In this document: piece after piece, positions 1-9,887 of the stretch
Position numbering within the stretch: position 1 is the first letter of the stretch
Layout: each line of letters begins with the position of its first letter
Assembly (NCBI GenBank): GCA_022710685.1
Contig: JAKLGM010000002.1
Coordinates: 1,701-65,700, forward strand
DNA length: 64,000 bases
From: Patescibacteria group bacterium
GTDB lineage: Bacteria > Patescibacteriota > Patescibacteriia > Patescibacteriales > UBA12465
Direction of reading: 5' to 3'
Notes under the pieces: generated by a model
What the model was told of the DNA's origin: nothing
Database searches by the model: none
Seen by the model: only the letters and a program-made list of their open reading frames with translations
Translations under genes and position numbers: made by a program

Positions 1-920
1 ATTCGACTAGCGGTTAGCTTCATATCGGCATCGTATTTTACTATCAAGCCATCGCTTAAGCCGCTGCCTTCGGAATTAGTCGCTCCGACTAGGTAATAAT
101 AGTATCTGGATTCATCGCGGGCGATATCATAATAGTATTCATCAAGTTTCTCATTGCCGAAAGTGTAGGTTCTCATAAGGCCGAAATCGCCTTTTTTAAC
201 ACTGGCCAATAAGGCTTCTTTAGTTTTAGTTTTAGGATTAAGATAGTATCCGGCCGCTAATAAATCTCCGTTCTTGTCTTTGGTTAGGCCGAAAAATTCG
301 ACATCCGTCCCGATATAAGCATCTTTGGGATTTTCTAGCTTAGCTTGATCATAGTTTATAAGTAGTCCGCGGTTGTCAAAGCGGCCAGCTACATAAATTG
401 TTTCGCCGTCGATCAAGATCTCGTTCAGGGTGTCATTAATTTCTTCCTTGCCGGCAACTGAGCTGAAGATCCAGGCAGCACAGGTGGCGTTAGTGATCCC
501 GGCCGGAGTAGCGCAATGTTCGCCAGATATTAGATAGCCCGAGCTCTTTTCTAAGCAGAACTCTATCGTGTAACTAGTTCCACCGTTAGTCTGAGTATAG
601 ACATAGTCGCTGTTAGTGCAGTTCAAGGTGCTAGTTAAAGGCGGATTATGAGGCACCAGCATCATATAGGTGGACGAGCCATTAGAGCTGGACAAGGAAT
701 CGCCCGGGGTGACGTAAGTAGGATAAGAGCCTTCGCTGGCGCGGTAAAGTTCCAGGGCTGCCTGGATTTCTTTGATGTTTGATAACCGTTCCGTATCGCG
801 GGAGTTTTGCCGCACTCCAGTCAGAGAAACAATCGAGAGGGTGAGTAAGATGGCTATAACCCCTAAGACCAAAATTATTTCTATCAAGGTGAAGCCAGGT
901 TGGTTGTTAATTTTTTTCAT
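1..920 (-). CDS. Type IV pilin-like protein (prepilin N-terminus); the C-terminal part runs off the window
   Basis: A reverse-strand ATG at 918-920 is followed by MKKINNQPGFTLIEIILVLGVIAILL. This is a G/FTLIE prepilin cleavage/N-methylation motif plus a hydrophobic helix. The frame stays open to position 1. It starts 9 nt downstream of the preceding pilin gene. Confidence 0.75.
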   Translation of the reverse strand, partial: MKKINNQPGFTLIEIILVLGVIAILLTLSIVSLTGVRQNSRDTERLSNIKEIQAALELYRASEGSYPTYVTPGDSLSSSNGSSTYMMLVPHNPPLTSTLNCTNSDYVYTQTNGGTSYTIEFCLEKSSGYLISGEHCATPAGITNATCAAWIFSSVAGKEEINDTLNEILIDGETIYVAGRFDNRGLLINYDQAKLENPKDAYIGTDVEFFGLTKDKNGDLLAAGYYLNPKTKTKEALLASVKKGDFGLMRTYTFGNEKLDEYYYDIARDESRYYYYLVGATNSEGSGLSDGLIVKYDADMKLTASR

Positions 921-929
921 ATATTTTAA

Positions 930-2120
930 TTAGTCTTTTAAGCAGCGGATGCTATGACCGTTTTTTCGAGAGACGGCTCCAGTGCCTAGATCAAAAGTAG
1001 TAGCATCATAAGTTAGGCCCCGGTAAGTTCCGGAGGAGCCATAACTACCCATTATTGTAGTGGTCCAAAAGTTAGTCCGTTTGCGAAAAAAACTGCCGAC
1101 ATTGCCTTCCGCCAGCCTGTAACCAGTGCCCAAGCCATTAAAATTAAATTCATTAGAGGCTCCAGTATTAGGGCTCTCCCAGTGGGTAGTGCCGACTTCT
1201 TTTAGCTTGGCGCCGCCTTCAAACATTCCAATATAATTTTCTAATATTTCAAATTCAGCTAAACTCGGGATGTGCCAACCAGTCGGGCAGATGCCTTGAT
1301 GAGGCAAGCTAAAGTTGCAGCAACTACTGGTCGGATTAGCAGAGCAGTCAACTGTATCGCAACTAGCCGGGAAGCGCATGGCGGTATGCCATTGATAGAG
1401 AGCGCCGTATTCATCGCAGTTAGCCGGATCATCGTTAGAGCAATATTTTTGGATATTATAATTATCAGCATCAGCCTGGTTTAGCGGGGTTGTCCCCCAG
1501 AAATAACAAGTAAAGTTACAATTACTGTCGCAAACTCCAGCGGCGCAGGAATTTATTCTAGTGCCAAAATTGAGACTGATATCCATCCAGCATTGGGTGC
1601 CAATTTGGACAGTACTGTAGGGCGTTCCCATATAGATGCCGGTGTCGCCGCAATTCTCAAAATTTTTCATGGTATAAGGACTACAGCTTTCGTTGTAGGT
1701 GCCATTAGGGGTGGCGCAATGACTGCCCTGGGGCAAGTAGCTGGTCGTTTCACCTAGGCAGAATTCAATCGTATAAGAGCTGTTATTGTTCTGCGTGCTG
1801 TAAACATAGCCTCCGGCCGCGCAAGAGCCATCGGCTTGGGGGCCGGGATTAGAGGGTACCATTTCCAGGTAGGTAATAGCTGAGGTCGAGCCGACCAAAG
1901 CTTGGCCCGGAGTGATAGTGGCCGGGTATTGGCCTTCGTGCCGATAGTAGCTTTCTAGGGCTTTTTGTAAAGTCTTGATATCAGCCACTCGTTGCGTGTC
2001 GCGGCCCTTCTGCCGGATATTGCTGAAAGAAGCGATTGAAGCGGTGACGATAACGCCGATGATAGCGATAGCGATTAAAAGTTCCACTAGCGTGAAACCG
2101 CGGCGCTTTAAAAGATTCAT
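930..2120 (-). CDS. Type IV pilin-like protein with a C-terminal FISUMP (Fibrobacter succinogenes major paralogous, TIGR02145-like) lectin-like domain
   Basis: The N-terminus KRRGFTLVELLIAIAIIGVI is a prepilin motif. The C-terminal half has FISUMP hallmarks: QIGTQCWM, YGALYQW, CPTGWHIPS..EFE, FNGLGTGYR, FWTTT, SIRCLKD. Confidence 0.8.
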   Translation of the reverse strand: MNLLKRRGFTLVELLIAIAIIGVIVTASIASFSNIRQKGRDTQRVADIKTLQKALESYYRHEGQYPATITPGQALVGSTSAITYLEMVPSNPGPQADGSCAAGGYVYSTQNNNSSYTIEFCLGETTSYLPQGSHCATPNGTYNESCSPYTMKNFENCGDTGIYMGTPYSTVQIGTQCWMDISLNFGTRINSCAAGVCDSNCNFTCYFWGTTPLNQADADNYNIQKYCSNDDPANCDEYGALYQWHTAMRFPASCDTVDCSANPTSSCCNFSLPHQGICPTGWHIPSLAEFEILENYIGMFEGGAKLKEVGTTHWESPNTGASNEFNFNGLGTGYRLAEGNVGSFFRKRTNFWTTTIMGSYGSSGTYRGLTYDATTFDLGTGAVSRKNGHSIRCLKD

Positions 2121-2121
2121 A

Positions 2122-3636
2122 TTATTTATTTAATATTTTAGCTAATTCTTCTAAAACTATTTTGGGGTTGGCTTTACCCTTGGTTTGCGCCATTACTTGG
2201 CCGACAAAAAATTGGGCTAAAGCGGTTTTGCCCTGGCGGTATTCGGCCGCTTGTTGCGGGTTGGCGGTCAAGACAGATTCGATGACGCGGGCTAATTCGG
2301 CACTGCTATCAATTTGTTCCAGTCCTAAATCGGCCATAATTTGTTTTGGGCTGGAGTTGGATTCGTTCATAGCGCTCAATATCTTTTGTCCGGCGCTGGA
2401 GTTTATCTTTTCTTGAAATATCAGAGTGATAAGTTCGGCGAAGTTTTCGGCGCTGATTCCTTTTGGCCTGGCTTGGTTGGCCCAGCTGGCGATGGGGTAG
2501 TATTTAAATAATTCGCTTGTCAGCCAATTGGCGGCCAAGGCTGAGAGACGGCGATTATTCCTTTCCCAATTGTCAGAACTGGCGTCTATCCAGGCACGTA
2601 ACTCAGATACCACTTCTTCATACCATTGGGCTAAGTTCTTGTAGCTGACCATCAGGGTGGCAGTTTCTGGGTTTAAGCCATATTCATTTTGAAAGCGGGC
2701 GGCTTTGGCTTGGGGCAGTTCAGGGAGGTTTTCCTGGATATTTTTAATAGCCGTTGAGCTGATATTTAATGGTGGAATATCTGGTTCGGGGAAATAGCGG
2801 TAATCAGCGGAACTTTCTTTGATTCTTTGGGAAATAGTCTTGTTTTGAGTGTCGCTCCAACCGCGGGTTTCCGGGGCAATCTTTTTTTCCTGGTCTAATA
2901 ATTCGCTTTGGCGCGCGATTTCAAAATTAATGGCTTTTTCGACGGCCTTAAAGGAATTGATATTTTTTATTTCAACCTTAGGGTTCAATTCTTTTTTCTC
3001 GGTCGGCTTTATCTGGCCATCTTCGTATTTCCAGTTCCCGGGAGTTTGCAGGCTGATGTTGGCCTCACAGCGCATCTGGCCCTTTTCCATGTCGGCATCG
3101 CTGATATCCAGATAGCGCAATAATTGTTGATAGCTTTGGCAGAAGTTTTTGGCTTGTTTGCCGTCCTTGATTACCGGCTCCGTCACCATTTCAATCAAAG
3201 GCACGCCGGCGCGATTATAATCAATGAGAGTATAGTTAGCTTTATCCGGGTGGGTTAATTTGCCGGTATCTTCTTCCAGATGCAGACGGGTAATGGCGAT
3301 GTTGGCGCCGTCTATCTCTAAGTTAGCGTTATAGACGAGGGGCAAATCATATTGGGATATTTGGTAGCCCTTGGGCAGGTCGGGGTAGAAATAATTTTTC
3401 CGATCAAATTTAGACAGCTGGTTTATCTCACCGTTCAAAGCTAATCCGAGCCGGAGGATCATGTTAACAGCTTCTTGATTTAATTGGGGCAGGGTGCCGG
3501 GGTGGCCGAGGCAAATAGGGCAAACGGCCGAGTTGGGGTCGGCTTTGAGGGTGTTATTAGCGCAGCGGCAGAACATTTTGCTGGTAGTTTTAAGTTCGGC
3601 ATGGATTTCCAAGCCGATAATGACATCGTATTTCAT
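2122..3636 (-). CDS. gatB: Asp-tRNA(Asn)/Glu-tRNA(Gln) amidotransferase subunit B
   Basis: Full-length match to the GatB pattern: MKYDVIIGLEIHAEL, CPICLGHPGTLP, NRAGVPLIEMVTEP, and a C-terminal GatB/Yqey tail. Confidence 0.93.
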   Translation of the reverse strand: MKYDVIIGLEIHAELKTTSKMFCRCANNTLKADPNSAVCPICLGHPGTLPQLNQEAVNMILRLGLALNGEINQLSKFDRKNYFYPDLPKGYQISQYDLPLVYNANLEIDGANIAITRLHLEEDTGKLTHPDKANYTLIDYNRAGVPLIEMVTEPVIKDGKQAKNFCQSYQQLLRYLDISDADMEKGQMRCEANISLQTPGNWKYEDGQIKPTEKKELNPKVEIKNINSFKAVEKAINFEIARQSELLDQEKKIAPETRGWSDTQNKTISQRIKESSADYRYFPEPDIPPLNISSTAIKNIQENLPELPQAKAARFQNEYGLNPETATLMVSYKNLAQWYEEVVSELRAWIDASSDNWERNNRRLSALAANWLTSELFKYYPIASWANQARPKGISAENFAELITLIFQEKINSSAGQKILSAMNESNSSPKQIMADLGLEQIDSSAELARVIESVLTANPQQAAEYRQGKTALAQFFVGQVMAQTKGKANPKIVLEELAKILNK

Positions 3637-3683
3637 AGGGTATTATTTACCTCTATTTTAGCAAGAAAAGCCCTTAACTGCAA

Positions 3684-3710
3684 TAAAAAAGGGCTTCTTG
3701 GCAGAAGCCC
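3684..3710 (-). terminator. Intrinsic terminator downstream of CDS 3728-4543
   Basis: Hairpin gggcttct-tggc-agaagccc (3691-3710), followed on the minus strand by a T run. Confidence 0.7.
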
Positions 3711-3727
3711 TTTAGTTTCTTTACATC

Positions 3728-4543
3728 TTATGGCATTACATAGTAGCAGAGGCCGATGAAATAGTCTTTTTCCTGAAAAGGACAAGAAATGTTTTTCAGG
3801 GGGACCAAAATCATGTTCTCCATGCCATTGCTTTCCGTCGCCAGAAGGGTTAGCTTACGGCCGCTGATACTACCGCCGATGAAGTTTTCTTTTGGGAAAT
3901 AAGTGACGATTACCTCGTGGCAATCATCATTGATAATGGCGGAACAGGCCAGGACTAATTCTTCTCTGAAGTCCTCAGGCAAGTTGCCGAAATTTCCCGC
4001 TATTATTCTTTCATCATTTAAGACAAGCCAGCTGAATTGCGGGCAGAAGTTTTTGCCCGTGACCATCCAGGTCGTTGCCATTATTTCCAGGTAGTCCATA
4101 ATAGGTATGGTCTTGCCCTGGTTGGCTGACATTTCTTGGCTGAGTTCTTTGAATCCGGTAGAATTACTGCTGTCTGGCGGCTTGAGGTTTACCAGGCGGT
4201 AGGTTACGTCGGTTTTTTCCGGCCAGCTGTAAACGCCATAATAATTATCCCAAAATTCTCCTAAATTTAAATCGCTTAACCCCAAGGTGGGGACCAGGTA
4301 GAAATCACCTTCGCCGGCCGCAGTCTTCGACTGGAACCAGGCAAGAGTTGATTCGCTATATGGTATGACAATGTCAGTATTTAGGGTAATATTGGAATCT
4401 ACTTTATGCCAAGCAGTAACGGCCTGTTCGGTCGAGATGAGATGATCGCCTAAGATGTTTTTGGCTTTTTCCAGATTAGTTTGCGGCTGAGCCGACAGAG
4501 CTAAACCGAAAAGCCAGGCTGTTAAAAGGACTTTGGTTTTCAT
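3728..4543 (-). CDS. Hypothetical secreted protein
   Basis: 271-aa ORF with an N-terminal signal-peptide-like segment, MKTKVLLTAWLFGLALSAQ. It has its own terminator. I recognise no family. Confidence 0.6.
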   Translation of the reverse strand: MKTKVLLTAWLFGLALSAQPQTNLEKAKNILGDHLISTEQAVTAWHKVDSNITLNTDIVIPYSESTLAWFQSKTAAGEGDFYLVPTLGLSDLNLGEFWDNYYGVYSWPEKTDVTYRLVNLKPPDSSNSTGFKELSQEMSANQGKTIPIMDYLEIMATTWMVTGKNFCPQFSWLVLNDERIIAGNFGNLPEDFREELVLACSAIINDDCHEVIVTYFPKENFIGGSISGRKLTLLATESNGMENMILVPLKNISCPFQEKDYFIGLCYYVMP

Positions 4544-4625
4544 GATTAATCTGGTCTATTTGTTGCTTTTGGTATATCATAATAATTATATTTTGTCAAT
4601 ATTAACTTATCCACCGTTAGATAAC

Positions 4626-4652
4626 AAAAAACCGGCTAAATAGCCGGTTTTT
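4626..4652. terminator. Bidirectional-looking intrinsic terminator
   Basis: aaaaaccggc-taaata-gccggttttt: a stem flanked by an A run and a T run. It lies downstream of CDS 4674-6524. Confidence 0.6.
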
Positions 4653-4673
4653 ATCAAATATCTTGGTTTTTAC

Positions 4674-6524
4674 TTAGGTAGCCATATTGATGATGCGGCC
4701 GTCAGGCAGCTCGAAGCTTCTAATCTTGAATTCTAGGTTGGGCAGTTCTTTCAGTTGTTCTTCCAGATTTTCCAGGCGGTCTTTTACGACTTGGCGCACA
4801 TCGCCTCGAATAGATGGATTATTTAATTGTTCATTGGCCCGATCAATATCAGCTTGGATCTTTTCTAATTTCTTTTCATAGAGCTTGTCAAAATTGTCCT
4901 TCATTTCATTTAGGGAAATCTTGATAATCTGTTGGTTTTCATCATAGCCAAGATTGAAATAGACCTTGACGCCCTTCATTTGGGAATCAATTAATAGCTT
5001 GTCCATTTCCGCTTTAGTGGTTTGGATAGCTTCGTCAGTGTTAATGAGCAGTAATTTGGCTTCCAGGGCCTTATTGCCGGTCATATCATAGCTAGCTAAA
5101 GCTTCATTAGCGGCCAAGATCGATCTTTCGTGGGAGCTGCCGCCGGTCGGGATATTTTTCAGGGCTTCGCCGGCTTCATAGAAGCTATTGGTGGAAGTGA
5201 CTGCATCCAGGTTATCGGAAAATGTTGCGACTTTGATATTGGCGCTACCGTTTCCGGTTTTGAGCTGCTCGGCCATATAGTCGCGAGAATCATGCATTGA
5301 CGGGCTGTTATCAAAGATGATGATAGTTTGGTCGTAGCTGGAAATCAAATCAATGGTTATCTGGGTCATTTCTATTTTGTTTTCAATCTCTAGCTGCGGC
5401 TCTAGTATTGGCATCGGTTTTAATTCTTCACCGGCCTTAGCCATTAGGTTGACCTTGATATAGCGGCAAGAGCGTAAAAGATCATTATATTTTGTCAGGT
5501 TGGTTTTTTTCAGTTCGGCGACTTCTTTCTCGGTATAATTCACGCCGGTATCCGGATTGACCAAGTCGGTGATGTGGGTAACGCCGTCTTCCGGTACGCC
5601 ATGCTTAAATTCTTTGCCTTGCAATTGTTTAATTTGTTCCGGTGTCAGATCGGAGCTCGAAAAGTCATGGTTGTTTAATTCCGCCAAAAGAATTTCTTCA
5701 GCGGCGGCAATTCGGGCTTCAGTCAATTCTAAGTTGCCGCCTTTCCAGGTGCTGGTGGGCCGTTCATCGCTGGAGCCGTAAATTTTGAAGTCTAGTTTCA
5801 TGACTTCGTTAAAGTTCTGGGAGTTAACTTTGTTCAAAAAGGCGCTAAAATCAGCTTTGATTTCATTGGCATCAGCCTCAGATATCAAAGCCATATCAGT
5901 CTCGTAGCTATTAGTCAGATCCATGACTGCGATATTTTCAATATCTCCTGGTTCAAAGTCTTCTCCGGTTAAGGTGTAGGTATTACCGTCTGGACCGCCA
6001 TCCGGTTTGGTGCCATGGCCGCCGTCGAATTTTTCAGTCTTAGTATTGGTATCGCCCAAATCTTTGGCCGGGGCTTCGGCCGCTTGGCTATGAGGAGCGA
6101 ATTTCAAGAAAAGAAGCAAGGTGACAAAAGCAATCTTAGTGGCGGGACGGCGCAAAAAGTTTTTTAGCTTGCTGCCGCTATATGATTCGTTCAATTCGCC
6201 GTTTAGGACTTTGGAAATGTTGTCGTGCAGGCTTTTAACATCAGCTTCCTTGATATTTTCCCCGCCGTTAATGTATTCCATGAAGTCGCCGACATTCATT
6301 TTCATGATGTTTTCAAAGACGCCTTCGTTTATTTCTAAGCCCTGAGATTCCATTTCAGTCATGGCTTTCTTCAAGCCGTCGAGGCGGGCGGAAAAATCCT
6401 GCGTCTCTTCTTCAACGCGGTTTGTTTTAGTCGGAACTTTCTTCTCTATCGGAGTTTCTTTCCGATTTGTCTCAATCGTCTTGTCGTGGTTTTTATGTTC
6501 TCGGCGGAAATTAAAGATACCCAT
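4674..6524 (-). CDS. Membrane-anchored protein with an OmpA/MotB-like segment and a vWA-like (DxSxS MIDAS) C-terminal domain
   Basis: 616-aa ORF with one TM helix (IAFVTLLLFLKFAP). IYGSSDERPTSTWKGGNLELTEARIAAAEEIL resembles the OmpA-C peptidoglycan-binding motif. IIIFDNSPSMHD is a DxSxS MIDAS-like motif. Confidence 0.5.
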   Translation of the reverse strand: MGIFNFRREHKNHDKTIETNRKETPIEKKVPTKTNRVEEETQDFSARLDGLKKAMTEMESQGLEINEGVFENIMKMNVGDFMEYINGGENIKEADVKSLHDNISKVLNGELNESYSGSKLKNFLRRPATKIAFVTLLLFLKFAPHSQAAEAPAKDLGDTNTKTEKFDGGHGTKPDGGPDGNTYTLTGEDFEPGDIENIAVMDLTNSYETDMALISEADANEIKADFSAFLNKVNSQNFNEVMKLDFKIYGSSDERPTSTWKGGNLELTEARIAAAEEILLAELNNHDFSSSDLTPEQIKQLQGKEFKHGVPEDGVTHITDLVNPDTGVNYTEKEVAELKKTNLTKYNDLLRSCRYIKVNLMAKAGEELKPMPILEPQLEIENKIEMTQITIDLISSYDQTIIIFDNSPSMHDSRDYMAEQLKTGNGSANIKVATFSDNLDAVTSTNSFYEAGEALKNIPTGGSSHERSILAANEALASYDMTGNKALEAKLLLINTDEAIQTTKAEMDKLLIDSQMKGVKVYFNLGYDENQQIIKISLNEMKDNFDKLYEKKLEKIQADIDRANEQLNNPSIRGDVRQVVKDRLENLEEQLKELPNLEFKIRSFELPDGRIINMAT

Positions 6525-6543
6525 ATTTTTATTGCGGCGCTAT

Positions 6544-6879
6544 CTAATCTTTTTGATTAAACAGGGCCATAAAGTTATTAGTAATTTTTTCTATTGGTTG
6601 TTTGACGGCGGTCGTGACTAGTTCCAGACGGTCAGCGGTCGGAATGGTTTCTAGTTGTTCTAAGACTTTGTGGGCCGCTTCCGGTTCGGCTTTGGTGATT
6701 AGGAGAGTTAGGTATTTATTGAAGTCAATATAAACCAGGGTGCGGATTTGTAGCTCGCGGTTCAGGCTGGTTGGTTTGTTATCAAGTAAGGGCCGAATTT
6801 TCTGGTCTAATTCTGTAATAACCGGATGGTTGAAATCCAGAAAGGGAATAAAAGGGGTAAAATTATTGTTATTATTCAT
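6544..6879 (-). CDS. Hypothetical protein
   Basis: 111-aa ORF in an operon-like position upstream of 4674-6524. I recognise no family. Confidence 0.5.
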   Translation of the reverse strand: MNNNNNFTPFIPFLDFNHPVITELDQKIRPLLDNKPTSLNRELQIRTLVYIDFNKYLTLLITKAEPEAAHKVLEQLETIPTADRLELVTTAVKQPIEKITNNFMALFNQKD

Positions 6880-6921
6880 ATTTTTTGGTATTTGTCTAAC
6901 AATTATAGCATAAATTCAGGG

Positions 6922-6955
6922 AAAAATCAAAGAGGAAACCAGGTTGGTTTCCTCT
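6922..6955 (-). terminator. Intrinsic terminator downstream of tmk
   Basis: agaggaaacc-aggt-(t)ggtttcctct hairpin, with a T-rich tract on the minus strand. Confidence 0.65.
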
Positions 6956-6961
6956 TCGCTA

Positions 6962-7651
6962 TTAGTCGTCTATGGTTTTCCGGGCAGTTTGGAGAACTAG
7001 GGCGTGGATTTCTTCCGGACTCATTATCGCCTGGTCTTTCATGCATTCTATCATGACGAAGTCATCAAAGGTTTGGGCGATTTCGGTGTAGACATCTTCG
7101 GCGTGCTTCAAGTGGTTGATGTCGGATTCGTGGATATCGCGTTTTTCACCGCCGACATAATCACGGTGACCCTTTTTGTCGACCAATTGCTGGCCGACGG
7201 CCGCGGTCACATGAAGGATAATATTGATATCGGGGCGAGGGATACAAAAGATATTATATTCCAAATCATGGAGCCATTTGAAATAGATTTGCCGTTCAAT
7301 GTCGTTGCTAATCTTTCCACCCTGATGCGCCATATTGGAAGCGACATAACGGTTGGAGAGGACAATTTTACCATCCTTGAGCCATTCTCTGATCTTGAAG
7401 CTGGCATCATAGCGGTCTACGGCATAGAAAATAGAGGCGCCATAGGGTCCGACTTCATCGGCGGTGCCATAGCGGCCGTTGAGATATTCTTCTACTAGTC
7501 CGGCGGATTTTTGGCCATACTGCGGGAAGTCAACAATTTCTACCTGATAGTTTAAACTGATTAATTTTTCCGCTAACAGTTTTAGCTGGGTAGCTTTGCC
7601 GGAGCCATCGCCGCCATCAATTACGATTAATTTACCGCGTTTTTTGTCCAT
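6962..7651 (-). CDS. tmk: Thymidylate kinase
   Basis: GKLIVIDGGDGSGKATQ P-loop, DRY motif (VDRYDAS), and typical length of 229 aa. Confidence 0.9.
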   Translation of the reverse strand: MDKKRGKLIVIDGGDGSGKATQLKLLAEKLISLNYQVEIVDFPQYGQKSAGLVEEYLNGRYGTADEVGPYGASIFYAVDRYDASFKIREWLKDGKIVLSNRYVASNMAHQGGKISNDIERQIYFKWLHDLEYNIFCIPRPDINIILHVTAAVGQQLVDKKGHRDYVGGEKRDIHESDINHLKHAEDVYTEIAQTFDDFVMIECMKDQAIMSPEEIHALVLQTARKTIDD

Positions 7652-7661
7652 ATGATTATTG

Positions 7662-7991
7662 TTAGCGATTATCGCCGTTGCCCTTGATTTGGTTTCGTTC
7701 TAAGCGCGAGGCCAATTTGGCAATATTATTTTCTGCGACATCATCTAATGATAGTTTTAGTTCGGTAGCGATTTGAGCTACATACCACAAGACGTCTCCC
7801 AGCTCTTTATTGATTTCCTGTTGGTCTTCCGGGCTAACGAAGCTGTTTTTGTCGCGAATGATTTTTTTGATTTTTTCTGCCACCTCTCCGGCTTCTCCGG
7901 CCAGTCCTAAGGTCGGATAAATGAAATTATTATCTCGATTAGGATAGATGGCAGTGAGTCTTGATTTAGCTTGGTATTCGGTAAAAGTCAT
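7662..7991 (-). CDS. MazG-like all-alpha nucleoside triphosphate pyrophosphohydrolase
   Basis: 109 aa. LGLAGEAGEVAEKIKKIIRD ... ELGDVLWYVAQIA is the EXXE...D metal-binding MazG core. Confidence 0.8.
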   Translation of the reverse strand: MTFTEYQAKSRLTAIYPNRDNNFIYPTLGLAGEAGEVAEKIKKIIRDKNSFVSPEDQQEINKELGDVLWYVAQIATELKLSLDDVAENNIAKLASRLERNQIKGNGDNR

Positions 7992-7992
7992 A

Positions 7993-8559
7993 TTATTTAG
8001 TGTGTTTTTTGATGTCAGCTACGATGTCGTCAACGTTCTTTTCTAGTTCGGCAAAAGTGCCTTCGTTAATGATTTCATAGTCTGCCGTAGCCATCACTTC
8101 CGGGATTTGGATTTCGGTTTCCATCTGTTGGTCTTCCAGAAAATCAGCAAAAGTTTTTTTATCATCACCGGGGTTTTCGTTGCGGGTATTGACGCGCTGG
8201 TGGCGCAGTTTTTCATTAGCTACGATGCGGATCAATTTGAATCCGGGAATGGCTTTCAAGAATTTAATATCAGCTAAGCGCCGAATCCCGTCTATTACCA
8301 TGAAGGGACGAGAGTCATTTTTGATGTCTTCGGCCATAGCATGGGCGAGCAAATCCTCGCCAAATTGATGTCGTAGAGCGGTGGAAATATGCTGCAAATT
8401 CTCGCGGCTGGTTTCTAGGTGCAAGCGGGTTAGTAAGTCGCGCAGGATAGAAGAGAAGCGGTAATCACTAGCGGCATGGCTTTCCATTAGGTACTTTTTA
8501 ATAACGCCTTTGCCACAAGCGATTTGGCCGGTTAAACCGATGACAATTCTATTTTCCAT
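7993..8559 (-). CDS. P-loop nucleotide/nucleoside monophosphate kinase (CoaE / dNMP-kinase-like)
   Basis: IGLTGQIACGKG Walker A and a length of 188 aa. It is embedded in the dTTP-synthesis cluster. Confidence 0.6.
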   Translation of the reverse strand: MENRIVIGLTGQIACGKGVIKKYLMESHAASDYRFSSILRDLLTRLHLETSRENLQHISTALRHQFGEDLLAHAMAEDIKNDSRPFMVIDGIRRLADIKFLKAIPGFKLIRIVANEKLRHQRVNTRNENPGDDKKTFADFLEDQQMETEIQIPEVMATADYEIINEGTFAELEKNVDDIVADIKKHTK

Positions 8560-8576
8560 AGATATTTTTTAGATAA

Positions 8577-9869
8577 TTATTTTTTAGTAGTAATATCTTG
8601 CAAACCGCGGCGGACATCCCAATCGTCAGCACCTAGATCACAGTGGAGCAAGAGTTTAGGGAAGGCATTTTGGAGGGCGGCTTGCATCTGGTGAGCAATC
8701 TTTCTCAATGTCGGATGGACTGTCTTGTTGGAACGTAATTCAACAGTGTAGACAGTGGCTGGCAAGCCATAGGTGACGCGGCAGGGGACATTGAAACCCA
8801 TGGCAATATAATATTGTTTGGTTTCCGGTATGGTTTCCAGTTTTTCCAGGGCGTCAACTTGCTCGGCGATTAGTTTCTCGGCTGCGCCGCGCAGGTCTTC
8901 CGGCAGTTGTTCCAAATACCAGGAGTTAAATCCGAGAGCGGTGGCCAAAAGTGGCATGCGGCAGACGCCGTTTCGATGTCTTTGGATATCGCGGAAAGAG
9001 CCGAAATCCAAGATAAAATCAAAGGTTACCTGGCCTAGCTCGCTTAAGAATGTCGGCAGATTGGTCTTTATCGGCCGGTTAACCATGATATCGTTGTAGT
9101 TTTCCAACTCTTCATTTTTGACGGTGGTTGTCATTTGGAACGGAGTAGTGGTCTCCGGCTGAAAATAATTATACTTAGAAACCGCATAGCCGCGATAGCT
9201 TTCTTGCTCGTCATAGAGCGGATGGCTGAAGCTGTGGGCATACTTAGCTTTTAATTGGTCTAAAATATCGTTGGCAATTTGGCGGACCTCAGCTAGGGGG
9301 TGATGGCGCATCAATGAAAGCTTGTCCCAGGCTTGGCGCAGGTTGGTGTGCCAGCTCAATTGAGTCGTGATGCCGGCCGGCAAAAAGCCGCGCATAATAT
9401 CAAAAGTCCTGGCCTTGATCGCTTTTTGATAGACAGCTTCATCTTCTTCATCTTTTTTGGGGTATTTTTTTCTTAGATGTTCCTGTACCGCTTCTTGGTT
9501 GCTATTATAGAAAGCCATCCATTTGTCTAAAATCGCTTTGCCCTCCGGGGTTCCGAGGGGATCGATTATCGGCTGCTGGCCCATATCAATATAACGGGTG
9601 GAGGTTTCCTGGCCGGAATATAATTGCCAGTCCTGGATGGCCTTGTCGGCCAAGATGCTTAACTGTTCAATGAAGATCGTGGTGCTGCCGCAATCGGCGA
9701 TGCTGAGGTGGCCATAGCCGACATAGAAGGTTTCCATAAACTTGCCGGAACCGCTTTGCTTGACTTTGTCCACGTGTTCCGCCACGCTTTTAGGGCTGCG
9801 GGAATAAAGCGCCTGCATCATTGCCGTGTCTTCTGGACCGAATTCGTCATAGATGAAAATTTTTGCCAT
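8577..9869 (-). CDS. thyX: Flavin-dependent thymidylate synthase (ThyX)-like protein with a tandem-domain architecture
   Basis: The N-terminal half, GYGHLSIADCGSTTIFIEQLSILADKAIQDWQLYSGQETSTRY, aligns to the ThyX core (GHxS..E..F.IE..S......RHR..S..Q.SQRY) but lacks RHR. The C-terminal half has FRDIQRHRNGV. At 430 aa it is about twice the canonical ThyX length. Confidence 0.55.
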   Translation of the reverse strand: MAKIFIYDEFGPEDTAMMQALYSRSPKSVAEHVDKVKQSGSGKFMETFYVGYGHLSIADCGSTTIFIEQLSILADKAIQDWQLYSGQETSTRYIDMGQQPIIDPLGTPEGKAILDKWMAFYNSNQEAVQEHLRKKYPKKDEEDEAVYQKAIKARTFDIMRGFLPAGITTQLSWHTNLRQAWDKLSLMRHHPLAEVRQIANDILDQLKAKYAHSFSHPLYDEQESYRGYAVSKYNYFQPETTTPFQMTTTVKNEELENYNDIMVNRPIKTNLPTFLSELGQVTFDFILDFGSFRDIQRHRNGVCRMPLLATALGFNSWYLEQLPEDLRGAAEKLIAEQVDALEKLETIPETKQYYIAMGFNVPCRVTYGLPATVYTVELRSNKTVHPTLRKIAHQMQAALQNAFPKLLLHCDLGADDWDVRRGLQDITTKK

Positions 9870-9887
9870 AGATATTATTTAGATTTT

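Noticed and set aside
7004-7498. A 164-aa plus-strand ORF.
   Set aside because: It is antisense within tmk, which has unambiguous kinase motifs.
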